A program made the translations under genes and the position numbers. A stretch of DNA of 64,000 nucleotides, taken from positions 163,308,001 through 163,372,000 of the forward strand of contig JANJGN010000009.1 of assembly GCA_026770705.1 (NCBI GenBank). Direction: 5' to 3'. This document shows, in pieces, positions 13,479 through 26,344 of the stretch (its first letter is position 1; each line of letters starts with the position of its first letter). The notes beneath the pieces were generated by a model. That model saw nothing but the letters and a program-made list of their open reading frames with translations, was not told where the DNA came from and did not search any database. The stretch is from Isurus oxyrinchus. Taxonomy: Eukaryota.

Positions 13479-14049
13479 CCTTTAATTCCTGGGCAGGACG
13501 TCCACAATCACATTTGATTTCCCAGCAATCTGGGTGATTTTTAGGTGATACAGTTGGAGAAACAAACTCCAATGGAATAACTGGCGGTCTGTGTCTTAAA
13601 GCTTTCCACAAAGGTTGTGGTCAGTATAGGCTGTGGCCTCTCAGTATCCATTTCAGGCATAAATCTCAAAGTGTTTGAGAGCCAGTAATAAACCGAGGGT
13701 TTCCTTCCCTACTGTGGAGCACCATTTCTGATGCGTGCTTATTTTTTTGGAGAAGTACCGGACTGCTCTCTCCATCCCTGCTTCGTCAGCCCCTACTCCA
13801 CTGTCACTCGCATCACAAGCACAGGTTCACCTATTAAAATGGCTTTCAGCTTTTTGAAAGCTGTCTGGCATTTCTCAGTCTATATTATCTTTGCTTTTTT
13901 CTGTAGTAGGTCTGTCAGTGGGGTGGTGACTGTGCTGAAGTTTGGGACGATCTTGTGGTAGAACCCACGCATCCCCAAGAACCTCATGATTTCCTGGTTT
14001 GTTGTGGGAAAGAGGAACTCCACTACTGCTTGTACTTTTGCAGCCCTGA

Positions 14050-14380
14050 CAGGATGTGGGCTTCACTGGCTGGGTCAGCATTTATTGCTCATCCCTAATT
14101 GCTCTTGAGAAGTTGGTGGTGAGCTGCCTTCTTGAACCGCTGCAGTCTAAGTGGTGCAGGTACACCCACAGTGCTGTTAGGAAGGGAGTTCCAGGATTTT
14201 GACCCAGCGACAGTGAAGGAACGGCGATATATTTCCAAGTCAGGATGGTGAGTGACTTGGAGGGGAACTTCCAGGTGGTGGTGGTGTCCCCAGCTACCTG
14301 CTGCCCTTGTCCTTCTAGATGGTAGAGGTCGTGGGTTTGGAAGGTGCTGTTGAATGAGCCTTGGTGAATTCCTGCAGTGC
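14050..14380 (-). mobile_element. 5'-truncated LINE 3' end inserted in RT of element B
   Basis: Reverse complement of 50163-50490; the Gypsy RT continues on both sides. Confidence 0.8.
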
Positions 14381-15584
14381 ACCTTGACCCACCACGTGTC
14401 CTAGATAGGTCATTTGAGCTTCAGCAAACTCGCTTTTTGCGAGATTGACCACTAGGTCAGCTGACTGTACTTTCTGGAAGAGGGCTTTCAGTTGCTCCAA
14501 GTGTGTTTCCCAGGTGTTGCTGGTACTAAGACATCGTCTAGGTACACTTTGTGATTGGATAAGCCCGCCACCACCTGGTTCCTCAGACTTTGAAAGGTGA
14601 CTGAGGCATTTAGGAGTCCAAATGGCATCACTCGACACTTGTATAACCCGTCCGGAGTTACGAAGGTGGAGATTTCCTTGGCGCGGGCAGCCAAGGGAAC
14701 CTGTCAGGATCTCTTCAGTAAATCTATCTTTGTAATGTAGGCTGCTTTACCTACCCTATCTATACAGTCTTCCAGCCGGGGCATCGGGTAGGAGTCGGCT
14801 CTGGTCACTGCATTAACTTTTCGGTAGTCAGTGCAGAATCTTGTGGAGCCATTCGACTTGGACCTGGGCACAACTGGGGAGCTCCAGCTTCTGCTGCCAG
14901 GCTCTGTTAGTTGGTGCTCCAGCATGTAGTTAATCTCCTCCCGGACCTGGGCCAGAGTCTCTGGGCCTAGAGAATAGGGAAGTTGCCTTAGGGGAGGGGC
15001 CTCCCCCTCACCCACATCATGTAGAGCTAGTGTGGTGCAGCCTGGCTTGTCTCTGCGTAAGCCTTTGAATGTAGACGAGCAGCCTCGTCAAGCCTGCTCA
15101 CTGTTCTGCACTTAGGAAGGGGGAACGAGGCGTCTAAAGCCAGAATTTTACGTTCGGCGTGAGGGCGTGCTTCCCAATGTCTCTGCGCACCCTCGTGATA
15201 TTTCGCTAGGTGGGTGTGCGATGAAGGCAGAGGCACACCCACCATTAATTAATGGGCCAGTTACAGCCCTTGAGACGCCAATTGTCCCAGAGTTTACGTG
15301 ACCCGTGCGATTTTCAGGCCGTCGCACTGGCAAAATGGGCAGGCGGGTAGGCCACAATTTCAAAAACCTCATCCACGGGCGGGATAAAAGGGGTGAGCAG
15401 GCTCGCTAGTGCGAGGTATTTGTACTTTAGCTTATAAGTTGCTGCTTTTGATCTTGTGAACAGGACATCTTCATTTCGCTTCAGAGCTGCTTTGACAGAA
15501 ATAAGAGGCTTCAGTTCAGGATTCCGGAGGATTCATGCCATTTGGGGCCTTCCAGGTATCAGGCAACCTTCCCTTGCCCTGAGA

Positions 15585-16772
15585 ATAGAGACTGTGGTCT
15601 CCACTGGAGGCACCTCCTCTGAGGAGGAAGAGAGGGCCAGAAGGGGGACGAGGCCATGTGTCCTTATTCAGCCTCCAGGGGAGCCACCTGTGGGAGGACA
15701 GGCGCAGGCACAAGGTCCAACAGGAAGTCCAAGGCAGAAGGGGCCGCAGAAGATGCCACTATCCTGCTGCCAGGGTTTACAGGCAGTGATGCAGCTACCT
15801 CAATATATCTGAAGTGCAATGCTGATGGAGGGTCTGACTCTCCAGGGAAACAGTGACCTCCATCTGTCAGGTGATCAGCCCTGAGATCAGCTCCGACTGT
15901 GTGGGTGGACACCTCGTGCCAGAGGCACTGAAGGTCACTGTGGCCCTCAGCTTCTATGCTTCAGGCTCTTTCCAGGGGTCAGTGGGTGATCTTTGTGGAG
16001 TCTCCCAATCAGCTGTCCGCAGTAGTGTCAAGCTGGTGACAGAAGCTCTGTTCAGGCAGCGCCTGACTTTCATTCACTACCACATGGATGAGGCCAGCCA
16101 GGCTGAGTGAGCCAGAGGTTTTGCAGCCATTCCCCCACATCCAGCGTACCATCAGCTGTACACATGTGGCCATCAAGACACCAGCAGGTGAGCCCGGTGC
16201 CTTCATCAACAGGAAGGGCTTCCACTCCATGAACGTGCAGATAGTGTGTGATCACAGGATGCTGATTCTACAAGTCTGTGCAAGGTACCCAGGCAGCTCC
16301 CACGACGCCTACATCCTCAGACACTCCCAGGTGCCGGGGCTCTTCAGTGCTCCAGCCCGGCTGAGTGACAAGGGCTATTCTCTCAAAAGGTGGCTCATGA
16401 CGCCTCTCGGCCACTCAAGAACAGAGGCTGAGCAGCGGTACAAAAGGAGCCACGCTTCCACAAGGGTAATGGTAGAGAAAGCCATAGGTCTTCTCAAAAT
16501 GAGCTACCGATGCCTGGACCATTCAGGGGGCACACTCCAATACCCCCCAGGTCATATGTCATTGATAGTGGTTGCATGCTGTGCTCTCCATAATCTGGCA
16601 CTGCAAAGGGGGGATGCAGTGGAGGAAGAAGATGTTGAGGCAGCTGCTCGGGCAACAGACGATGTGGTGAGTACGAGGACGAGCACGGTCAGGAGGGGAT
16701 AGAGACTGACCTGGCAACCTCCAAGGAGGCAGTGACCCCCGGGACACTTTGATCCAACGACTCTTCAGCTAG
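15585..16772 (+). pseudogene. Harbinger transposase copy 2, disrupted
   Basis: ALSFYASGSFQ, CTHVAIK, NRKGFHSMNVQ, PGSSHD, DKGY and CCALHN; stop and frameshifts present. Confidence 0.9.
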
Positions 16773-17119
16773 CCTACCAGATAAGAACCACCACCACATG
16801 CCAGGACTGCAGGCTCCATACTCGATCCCTGTTAGGACCATTTGCCTGGTGAACAACATGCACCATGTGCCATTTCAATAAAGCTCAATGACAGACAAAT
16901 CACTCATAACATCATGGGTTACCCTGCACCTGCAGAACTAATAAAGCACCCAGAGGCTTGTTGAACAGAAACACATTGAATGATGTGGTGCCTGGCACAC
17001 ATAATACAAATGAAAATGATTGGTGTTATCCATCACACCAATTACCATTTAATGTAAAAGTGGGGGAAAAAATATCAGCTGTGATAAGGCCATGTTATGC
17101 TTAAGGAGCTTTTAAGTTT

Positions 17120-18810
17120 TCACTTGCAGGTGCTACATCTAGATGCTCCCCACTGGCTGGCACCAGCATTGGAGACAGCCTGCTCACTGTGCTGTCTCGT
17201 TGGCCTTGATGATCTTGGCGGGTGTCCTCTGGCCCGTGGAGCCTGTGCTGGCCCTGCCTGGGAGGGAGTGGCCAGTGGCATGGCTGGCATTTCCCCAGTC
17301 ACCACAGCCTCATCAGATGCCATGGTCCCTGGCAGAGGGGCAGAGGAGCTGCTGCCGTCATCCAGAGTGCCCTGAGAGGAGCCCACAGAGATGACAAGCA
17401 GTTCGTACACCAATGTGACGTCGCATTGGTTCTCCCTGCTCACCATTGATTGACGGGCACCGAGCTGGGATACTGAGTACCCAGTCCATCTCCCACATTG
17501 ACACTGACCAGCTGAGGTCAGAATGACCACCTCAGGTCTCAGTACATCCCCCCAGGAACCCCCGATTCAGCTCCTGGAGGAGCCTCTCCATGAGAGTCGC
17601 TACTCTCTCCATGGAGGAGGCATTGCGCTTGGCCATGAGGGTCATTGCATTACTCATGCTCCACACGGACTCCTCCACAATGGAGACCATGGCACGCAAT
17701 CCCTCATGTATCTCTGCCAGATTCCCCCACACACTCTGCTAAATGTCCAGCATCTGCTGCCTCATTGGACGATCCAGAGGCTCAGAGACACCAACTGAGC
17801 ATGTTCCTGGTCCCCAGCGCTCCTCTGACTGCCGATGCCCTGAGCATTCTCTGCCTACGCCTGCACCTCATGCGAGTGTGCATTACCCTCACCAAGGTGA
17901 ACCAAGATACAAGCCTCCGATCTAATGCCCACCGGGGTGTTGGTATCTGCGCTGGTGCTTGCTTAGCTGAGAGGGTGTGCCACAGGCTCCTCAACCTGAT
18001 GGGCTGCTGGTGAGCCTGAAAAGAAGAAAATGGACATGTCATTAATTGAAGTCATTACACTGTTACTGTGCATGCCTGGCACTCGGGTCAGGATGTCCTC
18101 ATCTTTCCATTATCAACGGAGATTCTATGTTCGAGGTTCAGATCAATGTAGAGACTACAGTGGAATGGTTGCAATTACAGACGTTCTGACATCAGTGATC
18201 TGCACTCTCACCTCCCTGTGGCAACCCAAGCTCACCGCCACCAGTTTACCTAGGCGCATGGCATCTCTCCAACTCCAGTGCCTCCTGCTCATATCGAGTC
18301 GGGATAAGTAGGTGGGGTACTCCACCTCCAGTCCCCAACCTCTCTGTCATGTGACAGAGGAGCATTGATGAGTCCGCCCTCTACCTGCAGCGCCATTGTA
18401 GCCTGGCCAACCCCACCTGGGGAACACCTCGCAGGCCTCAGCCGATTCGTGACCCTGGAGCTGCAAGACACTCAGTCCGAGCAGTCAGAGCTCACCCCCT
18501 TGGCCAGATGCTGCCCCATTGACATTTGCCACTCACACTCTCAGACATCTGAGGTCCAAGGGCAGGGGAGGTGGGCAGCTCCTAAATGCTGTGCTAAGTG
18601 ACCCACGCCAACACGGTACTCACCCATCCCGATCGCAGGAGTTCATTGAAGCACTTATGGCAGTGCACCCACGTGCGTCTCTCCGCATCAGGGGTGCCCA
18701 CCCTGGATGCCACCTCCTCCCAGGCGTTTTTAGTGAGGTGGGCGGGACCTCCTCCTCCCGCCTCTGTGGACAAGGGTCTCTCTCCGCACTGCCACCTCCT
18801 CCAGGAGGGC
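17120..18810 (-). pseudogene. Harbinger Myb/SANT-like gene copy 2
   Basis: AWEEVASRV...TWVHCHKCFNELLRS with GTGAGT donor at 18618-18623. Last exon from about 18015 is homologous to copy 1. Confidence 0.72.
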
Positions 18811-19939
18811 AGCGAGACGCTCATGGGAAAAGCGCGGTGCCAGCTGACCCGTTGACCTGCCCTCCCACCTGCCGTGTCCCACACGCTACAATCGCCAGCA
18901 CGAAGCATGGCCGCTTTTGAATCGGCCACTGGGGGGGGGGGGGGGGGGGGGTGTGGTGGACCTTAAATGGCCCGACCACACAAAATGGCGGCGTGAAGCC
19001 AATGGCAGGTGGCAGTCAGCTTTGCGACCGCCCCCCCCACGCCCCCCCACCCTCCCCACCCCACCCCCACCCGCTCCTGCACAGCCCGCCTGACGAGGGA
19101 AAAATCCTGGTCTAAGTTCGCCAGCATCTCTGTGTTGGTTAACCAGGTTGGGGAGGGGGGGGGGGGGTTCAATGTGGACCTCACCCACATTTCTCCCCAG
19201 TTGACCCCCGCTGCTACCTTCATCCACTCGGCCAGTGACAATGGGACAGACCATTACCCACCCCTCTCGGCTGTGACACTGTTTTGTCACGTTGACATGA
19301 CGCAGCCTTTGCTTTTGCCCCCCCAGTTTGGAGTCTCAGGTAGCTCACTTCACCGAGCTCATTTGCTGCTCTGTGCGGACCGCTGTACCAGGATTTTAAG
19401 GACTCACCTTGCATTGGTAGGAGCACTAACACGTGACCTCCTGGCTAAAGTTTCGGGCCCTGGCGTGTTTGTCTGCCTGTTTTCTCATCGCTGTCTGGGA
19501 GATTTTCAAATGATCCTGGGCCACATCACAGGCTCTCGTGAGTTGTCCTTGGAATGTTGTTACACAGTCTAACACAAACTTCCTGCCTCTCCTCTAAAAA
19601 CCTGTCCTTGATTAGTTTCAGAGGCTCTCGCAATCGGTGCCTGTTAAGTTAATCAAGTGGAGTCAAACTGATGGATTTCATTGGGCAAGTCCCTGGTACC
19701 AAACAGAAAATATTAATTCATCTCTATCTTTCATTGTAGAAATAATTTTCATAAGGGGAAGATGCTTGTTTTATAAGGGCGCTGCATGGAATTTTTATAA
19801 CATGAGAGGGGAGCCTGTTCTAACTCAAATCACAATTCAGCAGAAATAATTAACTTGGGTCAACATTTCCCATCCGTTCTAACTTTATAACACTCCTGTT
19901 CTCAGAATTTGATATTCTTGTAATGAAAATTAATTTGAT

Positions 19940-20148
19940 TCATTTGTTAAATATAACTGACAGAACTTCACATTCTTAGCGGTCAGATTTCATCAGCTGC
20001 CTTAATGTGGTTTCATGACCTGGCTTCCTGCTATCTTCTTCCTTGTTTAAATTCCTTGTAGCATTTATATTAGACACTTATTTCGATGTGAGAAACAAGA
20101 GCTGAGTGTCTGGAAACAAGTTCTGCCCTGATCTTTGTGAACAAAACG
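19940..20148 (+). promoter_or_regulatory. Putative proximal promoter/5' UTR of receptor gene 1
   Basis: Conserved at 47805-47958 and 63325-63531. Contains E-box CAGCTG (19994), RUNX TGTGGTT (20006) and ETS CTTCCTG (20024). Confidence 0.55.
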
Positions 20149-20185
20149 ATGTGGATTTTGATTCTCCTCATTAGTTCTCTGCCCG
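20149..20185 (+). CDS. Receptor gene 1 exon 1, signal peptide (MWILILLISSLP)
   Basis: ATG, hydrophobic leader and phase-1 GTGAGT donor; identical copy at 63532. Confidence 0.85.
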
Positions 20186-20277
20186 GTGAGTGACAGCCAG
20201 AGCTGGATATTCCGATAATCTTGTTAGTTTAATTCCAGTCTACAGGTTATACAGCGGAGACATGCAAAGTCACCAAA

Positions 20278-20600
20278 GGGGGTCTTGTGGTGTAATGGAT
20301 AGCGTCTCTGTGTCTAAGGGAGAAGCCTCAGGTTCAAGTATCACTTCTGCTCTTGATGGTAATGGAAGGTGCGTTCTAATGTGGCCTAACAGGTAGTTCA
20401 TCAACCTGCAAATCCTACCAACATGCCTAAGGCAAGCGATAAGAAGGGGAGAGACTCTTAGTCAGTCATGCTTGATGTGGAATGGTGCTCCTCATGCTGT
20501 AGTTTCTGGCTCCAGGCTAGTGACATGTTCCAGGGAAAACAGGCTACTGCAAAGAGACATAGGCATGTGCTTTGTCTGCCTCATGTGTCTCTAGATGGGG
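20278..20600 (+). mobile_element. tRNA-derived SINE (old, shared by all three paralogs)
   Basis: A-box TGGTGTAATGG and B-box GGTTCAAGT; paralogous copies at about 47963-48250 and 63680-63980. Confidence 0.55.
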
Positions 20601-22653
20601 GAAGTCTCCTAAGTCATAATGGAAAAAAATACTCAAGCAAAAATAAATGAACAATATTTGTGAAGTATTGTATTACGTTGTGAATATACTATCACACCAT
20701 GGAAATATTTACCAAATAAACTAAACTGCTTTATTAATTGCGAATGGAAAATAAAAGGCAATTTAATTTTTAGAAAGCTATGCCAGCAACATTTTTAAAA
20801 TGAAAGCCTGTTTTAACTGGTATTATTTTTGCCCAATATATACCGAACGCTGCAGTAATAATCCCACATGCAGGACATGTCTCGAGTTTGCAATTGTTTC
20901 TGTTTTTAAAGTACAGTTGATGAAATATTGTTTTGTGAGACCCTTTCAGTGACACCGTTCCTCACCACTATATGCTCAGTCTACATTGCTCTTCCCATAA
21001 GTAGCCTTTTTTGTCATTCTTTAACTTTAAGCAGTTGGATTTTGCTTATCGTTACTGCCCGTTTTAACCATACAATATTACACTGCAATGAAATTTTTGA
21101 TCATTGCCACCACTCCATCATTTATGATGAATCTATTTCCTAACAGGCAATGTTAAACCCTCAGTCCCATCTACTCTAAGGCCACAACTCTGTCAATTCT
21201 ATTACATCAAACCCCCACCTCCGCCCCCTCCCTCCCACCCCCCCCCCCTCCCCCCCCCCTCCCCCCCCCCCCATAATATTTTGTGCCTCTAGTTTCTCAA
21301 TTTTATGCAAAATGCTTTATGTCCTTATGGGCAGACAACTGGAGTTTGTTTCTGTCTGTTTGGCAACTTTCTTTTATTAAACCCTTCTTCTTTCAGCTCT
21401 GATCTCTTTTCCATTCCCTTTTCATCTTTAACCTTCACTCTATCTTCTTCCTTTTCTGACCCTTCTCTCTAGCACTTGAATTATTTTTAGCCTCTATCCT
21501 GTCATTTTACTGCAAACTCTTGCCCCACATAAGTTCCTCTCCCAGCAAGGCCATTGGTCAAATAACTTCAAGTCACGTCCACCCATTCCTCCACAGGCTT
21601 CTCCTCTTCGACACCTGGGCCCACCCAGTGTGTCAGGAATCTCATGAGGCAAATCTCCAGGAAAATAATTACTTTAGTTTCCTTTCTAGTTCTACACTGA
21701 CTACCACGTGACACTGAGAATAATCCTGTGTTAACTGCCTTCCAGGTCCTGCTCATTAATCAATCTCCAAGTTTCTGAATCGTTTTTTTTTGCTGAATCT
21801 TAAATTTCTTCCTTTCTCTGTTTGTGAAGCATGTTCCCTCCCCTTTCCAAATCCTCCTGTTGTACAAGTTGCAGCGAACAAAGTTGAGAAGATGGAAATT
21901 CTGATGAAATCTGCAACACCTCCCACAACACCACGCTTCCAATTTTCCACACCCCCATCATGTCTCTGCCGCAGTCCCAAGGCCTCTTGTTTCCTGCCCC
22001 CGGGCTTCTCATGGCCCAACCCGAGGCCTGTGATTCCTCTGAGTCATCCGAACCTCCCCCCACATTTCCAGTCACTCCCGCAGCAGGCATCTAAATCCCC
22101 ACAGGCTCCAGGCAACCTCCGAGGCCACCTATCAAGTGCTCCAATCCCAAGGTCCGCAAACCTCACCTACTGACATCCCCAAGCCAACCAACGGCTGAAT
22201 ACCCCTGCCTGCCAGGATCCAATTCGTACCCCCCCTCACGTCCCCGCCACACCCTACACTCTCAGGTCAGAGAAAGGACCTATTTGCTCTTGTGGTCTCC
22301 TCCACACTGCTCCCCAACTGACTTCAAGTCAGCTTTGTCAGTCAGGCTTGTTTCTGGGTGCAAAACCTCTTGATGATGCCATACACTGGAGTATATAACA
22401 GTAGGAGGCAGAACCCCAATTTCCAGGGTCCCCACGCTCTACCAGCCCCTGTCAGTGCATCAAGAAAATACCCCAAATATCTCACAAATAAATCATTGCC
22501 TGTGAAGTGCTTTGGAACACTCTGAGGCTGTGATAAGTGTCTATATGAATGATTGCTTTCATCACAAACTTGATGGAATTTAACTCATTAAAATGCATCT
22601 GTTTGAATTAAACAGTTATTTCCTGTTCAATTCCTGAAATGTTCTCTCCTCAG

Positions 22654-22971
22654 TTTTAGGTGCATTGTGGGCAAAAGACAGAGTAACAGGAGTTGTGGGA
22701 AGAGCGATCACAATAGAATGTCACTATGATGCGTGGAGGTACAAGTCACATATAAAATATTGGTGTCGTGGCTGGACTCGCGAGTGTCAGGTTTTAGCAT
22801 CGACAAATTGGCAAAATGGAAGAATATCGATCACAGATAACAAGGCAACAGGAATATTTATTGTTACTATGGAGGATCTTCGCTCAGGAGATACAGGATG
22901 GTACAGCTGTGGTATTGACAAACCTGGCCTCCTCGATTCAATGTTTGCTGTGTGGCTACAAATATCTGATG
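22654..22971 (+). CDS. Receptor gene 1 exon 2, IgV domain (CD300/pIgR/MDIR-like)
   Basis: ITIECHY...KYWC-x6-C...RISITD...DTGWYSCG, with the extra C-C' Cys pair. Phase 1/1 splice sites; alternative in-frame start at 22660. Confidence 0.92.
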
Positions 22972-23389
22972 GTACATTTCTCAGCAGTTTTCTTTATTAA
23001 TCTCTGGTGAAATGTCTGATCAATGTTTTATCTGGGAGGAAACATGACAGCTCCGACATCCCAAAGCCTCTTCATTATTTGTTGAGACATTGGCCTGCAT
23101 ATCCAAGGCGGGTAGGGGTAGTCGGGAAAATTCCTACCTCGGCCCGCCCATCTTTGGTGAAATTGCTGGCAAAGGTGGGATCCTGATTGCTGGGGCGTGG
23201 GGGGCTGGGGGGGGCGGGGGGGGGGGGGGGGGGGGGGGGGCGGGGGTGTGGTGCAGGTTGGAGTTGGGCCAGCCGACCCAGGAAGAAATGGGGAAGCAGC
23301 CGCAGAGGCTGCCGGGTGTGGAGGTGGGCTGTTTAAAAGGTCTGCCTTGGTACCGTGCGGCTTTGTCCCAGTTAAAATCAAAACACAAA

Positions 23390-23745
23390 GATGGACATGA
23401 AAAGGATATTTCCTCTTGTGGGTGAGTCCAGAACTAAGGGGCACTGTTTTAAAATGAGGGGTCACCCTTTTAGGGCAGAAATGAGGAGAATTTTTTTCTC
23501 TCAGAGGGCTGTGTGACTTTGGAATTCTCTGCCTCAGAAGGTGTTGGAGTCGGGGGGTCACTGAGTATTCCTAAGGTGGAGGTAGATGGATTTTTGTTTG
23601 GTAAGGGAATCAAAGGTTATCAGGGATAGATGGGAATGTGGAATTCGAAACACGAAGAGATCAGCCATGATCTCAATGAATGGCAGAGCAGGCTTGAGGG
23701 GCCGAATGGCCTTCATCTGCTCCTATTTCGCATGTTCGTATGTCC
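23390..23745 (+). mobile_element. CR1 LINE 3' fragment
   Basis: Matches the 3' end of the CR1 at 27445-27800 (gaggagaatttttt...gagggccgaatggcc). Confidence 0.75.
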
Positions 23746-24046
23746 CAGGGAGACACAGCTCCTGTCTCATCAGAGTGTTAGACAGATGTTAATGGCACGG
23801 GGTTGTTCCAACTACATGACTAAAGGTGAAAGGGCTCCCCTCTTTTTCCCACTCCTCGGTTGATTGTAACAGGTTTTGAAAGTTAAAAGCATGAATGTAC
23901 CAATTCAGTGTATGTGCTTTTACTGTTTACATGCTGATTCCAAAGACAGACAGATAGTCAGACAGGGTTCCTTAGGTTTAAACAAGAAGGGGATTTGTTT
24001 TTATTACGCTAAAACCCACCTAGGTTAAGATATTTTTTAAAAATAT

Positions 24047-24375
24047 NNNNNNNNNNNNNNNNNNNNNNNNNNNNNNNNNNNNNNNNNNNNNNNNNNNNNN
24101 NNNNNNNNNNNNNNNNNNNNNNNNNNNNNNNNNNNNNNNNNNNNNNNNNNNNNNNNNNNNNNNNNNNNNNNNNNNNNNNNNNNNNNNNNNNNNNNNNNNN
24201 NNNNNNNNNNNNNNNNNNNNNNNNNNNNNNNNNNNNNNNNNNNNNNNNNNNNNNNNNNNNNNNNNNNNNNNNNNNNNNNNNNNNNNNNNNNNNNNNNNNN
24301 NNNNNNNNNNNNNNNNNNNNNNNNNNNNNNNNNNNNNNNNNNNNNNNNNNNNNNNNNNNNNNNNNNNNNNNNNNN
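24047..24375. other. Assembly gap (329 N)
   Basis: Run of N within gene 1 intron 2. Confidence 1.
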
Positions 24376-25149
24376 AGATTAACTTTTGGTCAAATTAAGA
24401 CTTAACAAGAAAAGAAAAATAAATAGAGTTATGGGCTGTAAATCCAGATGCTGTTGTTTGCAACTGAAGCAGATCTTAAAGCTATAGTCCTTGGTTTTCC
24501 TTACAGAAATGCTACTGTGTAACTCATTTTCTTCCGGTAGAATATTTACTATTTGCTGCCCAACTCCGGTATAAGGCAAACAGTCTACAAACTTAGTTGA
24601 GAGAGAGAAACTTTTCTCAAGGAGATTTCAAAAGGTGGTGAGCAGTTTTGGTCATATGATGAGTGCCTATATTGATACACAATGGAAGGCAATTGACAGT
24701 CTGATCATGGTATTGATGGGGATCCCACCAAATGGTCAAACCAATGAAAAACAATAAAAGGTATTAGTTGTTTCTCGCACTTCATTGTGCATAACCAGTT
24801 TCGATAGCTCTCTCCTTGGTTACTGAACCAGTCACGGAGTCAACAAGCCTGAGCTTATTCTTCTTGTAGTTTTGGAGGAATCCCTGACATTGGCAGATGT
24901 GAAATTCTCCAGGAGAGTTGCTTACGCCTGTCCATTGTAATTCATTTTGGAAGATTTCACAAGCTCGACTAAATTGCAGTTGTGAAAAGTCAGGTGACCT
25001 CTGGCAATTATTTTAAACCAGTGTCTTTGTTTCAACGCTTGAAACTACCCTTGAAAATATTCCATTTGTGAATATAGTGATGAAATTAACGTTTAATATT
25101 TGACATCAACACATCTCCATAACAGGTTGATAAGAATCAAAGAGAAATA

Positions 25150-25420
25150 AGAAAATTGATTTAAAGTTGCATGGACAATTGTTCCACCCTAGTTATCAAA
25201 GGTTAAAAGTACTGCTAAAAGATACAAGTGTGGCTGATGAAGTGTGCAAGACTAATAGAAGAGGTTAGTGAAAAGGGTCAACTCTGTAAAATGTTTTGGT
25301 GGACACCATCTCATTTTATTTTAAGCCTCCTATTGGCAGGTGACCTTAACAAAGTAGTTGCCATGGATCTAAAGGTGTTAGACAAAGACAGAAATGTTTT
25401 GTTGCATATGTTATGGACCT
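25150..25420 (+). mobile_element. Degenerate LTR-retrotransposon integrase fragment
   Basis: KLHGQLFHPSYQRLKVLLKD...NKVVAMDLK resembles the integrase Zn-binding region and core start. Confidence 0.4.
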
Positions 25421-25614
25421 AGTGACAGGCTGACAGGGTAACTCAGGCCTTTAGGAGGACAAAGAGATATGGGGATGGATTTTTGAAAGGTTTGGTGTCA
25501 GGGTTAGAGGTAGATTGACGCACAATTTGACACCGCCAGTCTTGTGCCGATTTCCCCACTGCAACTCCTGACCCTGAGACACTTTGAAAGTGGGCAGCTT
25601 GCAGGCAACCAACT

Positions 25615-25890
25615 AACGAACATACGAATTAGGAGCAGGAGTAGGCCATTCGGCCCCTCTAGCCTGCTCCGCCATTCAATAAGATCACGGTTGATCTGAT
25701 TATAACCTCCCACCTACAACCTTTCACTCCATTGTTTCTCAAGAATTTAGCTAGCTCTGCCTTAAAGACATTCAAAGATTCTGCTTCCACTGCCTTTTGA
25801 GGAAGGAAGTTCCAAAGACTCACAACCCTCTGTGAGAAAAAAAATTCTCCTCGTCTCTGTCTTCAATGGATAACCCCTTATTGTTAAACA
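25615..25890 (-). mobile_element. CR1 LINE 3' fragment
   Basis: catacgaattaggagcaggagtaggccattcggccc tail, homologous to 27460-27720. Confidence 0.75.
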
Positions 25891-26344
25891 GTGACCGCTG
25901 GTCCCAACCGAACCAGCAACTTAGGAAATAACATATACCCAAGGGGCCTATTAAAGTCCCATTCCTGCATCAACTGGGATTTCCAGTCGGAAGTGCAGGC
26001 AGACCAATTTGCCCCATCAGGATCATAGATTCCACCCCAGCTGATGAAGTCCTCCAGCATCAGGACCCTGCGCACTGTCCCTGATTGGATGGTGAGCCCG
26101 GTTCCTGGCCTTTAATTCACTGGAGCATTGGAAATTGCAATGGACATGCCTAATGCAGATGTGCAGTGTCAGGACTTGGAACTATCTCCCATATCCAGTT
26201 CCCAAACCTGGTTAAACCTGGAGTGGTAGATGTGAGAATCCAACATGGCAGGCCCTGGCTGAGATGCAGAAGGGCAAAAAAATTGAGGAGTATTTTACAT
26301 TTAGATGTTCAGTCAGTGTCTGAATGTTTGTTTCTTTCCGACAG

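Larger units (their letters stand above)
15138..19112 (+). mobile_element. PIF/Harbinger DNA transposon copy 2, both ends present
   Basis: TIRs AGCCAGAATTTT / AAAATCCTGGTC with TAA TSD (15135-15137, 19113-19115). Excision restores the host Gypsy frame EMLANLDASF. Confidence 0.92.
12159..19600 (-). mobile_element. Gypsy LTR retrotransposon B (Gmr1-like, IN-RT-RH order), 5'-truncated
   Basis: Minus strand: integrase C-terminus (LVLLP...YSGPH...HVNM, about 19600-19113); RT (WSSPVV, DYRKVN, MPFGL, YLDD; 15137-14380); RT/RNase H (FLGMRGFY...YTDH...VDVLPRN*; 14040-13482); then LTR. Confidence 0.85.

Noticed and set aside
20278-20350. tRNA gene
   Set aside because: A and B boxes only, with no cloverleaf; it is a SINE head.
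22654-22971. Rearranging Ig/TCR/NAR V segment
   Set aside because: No CACAGTG heptamer/nonamer RSS follows the exon; the G strand is encoded in the exon, which ends at a splice donor.
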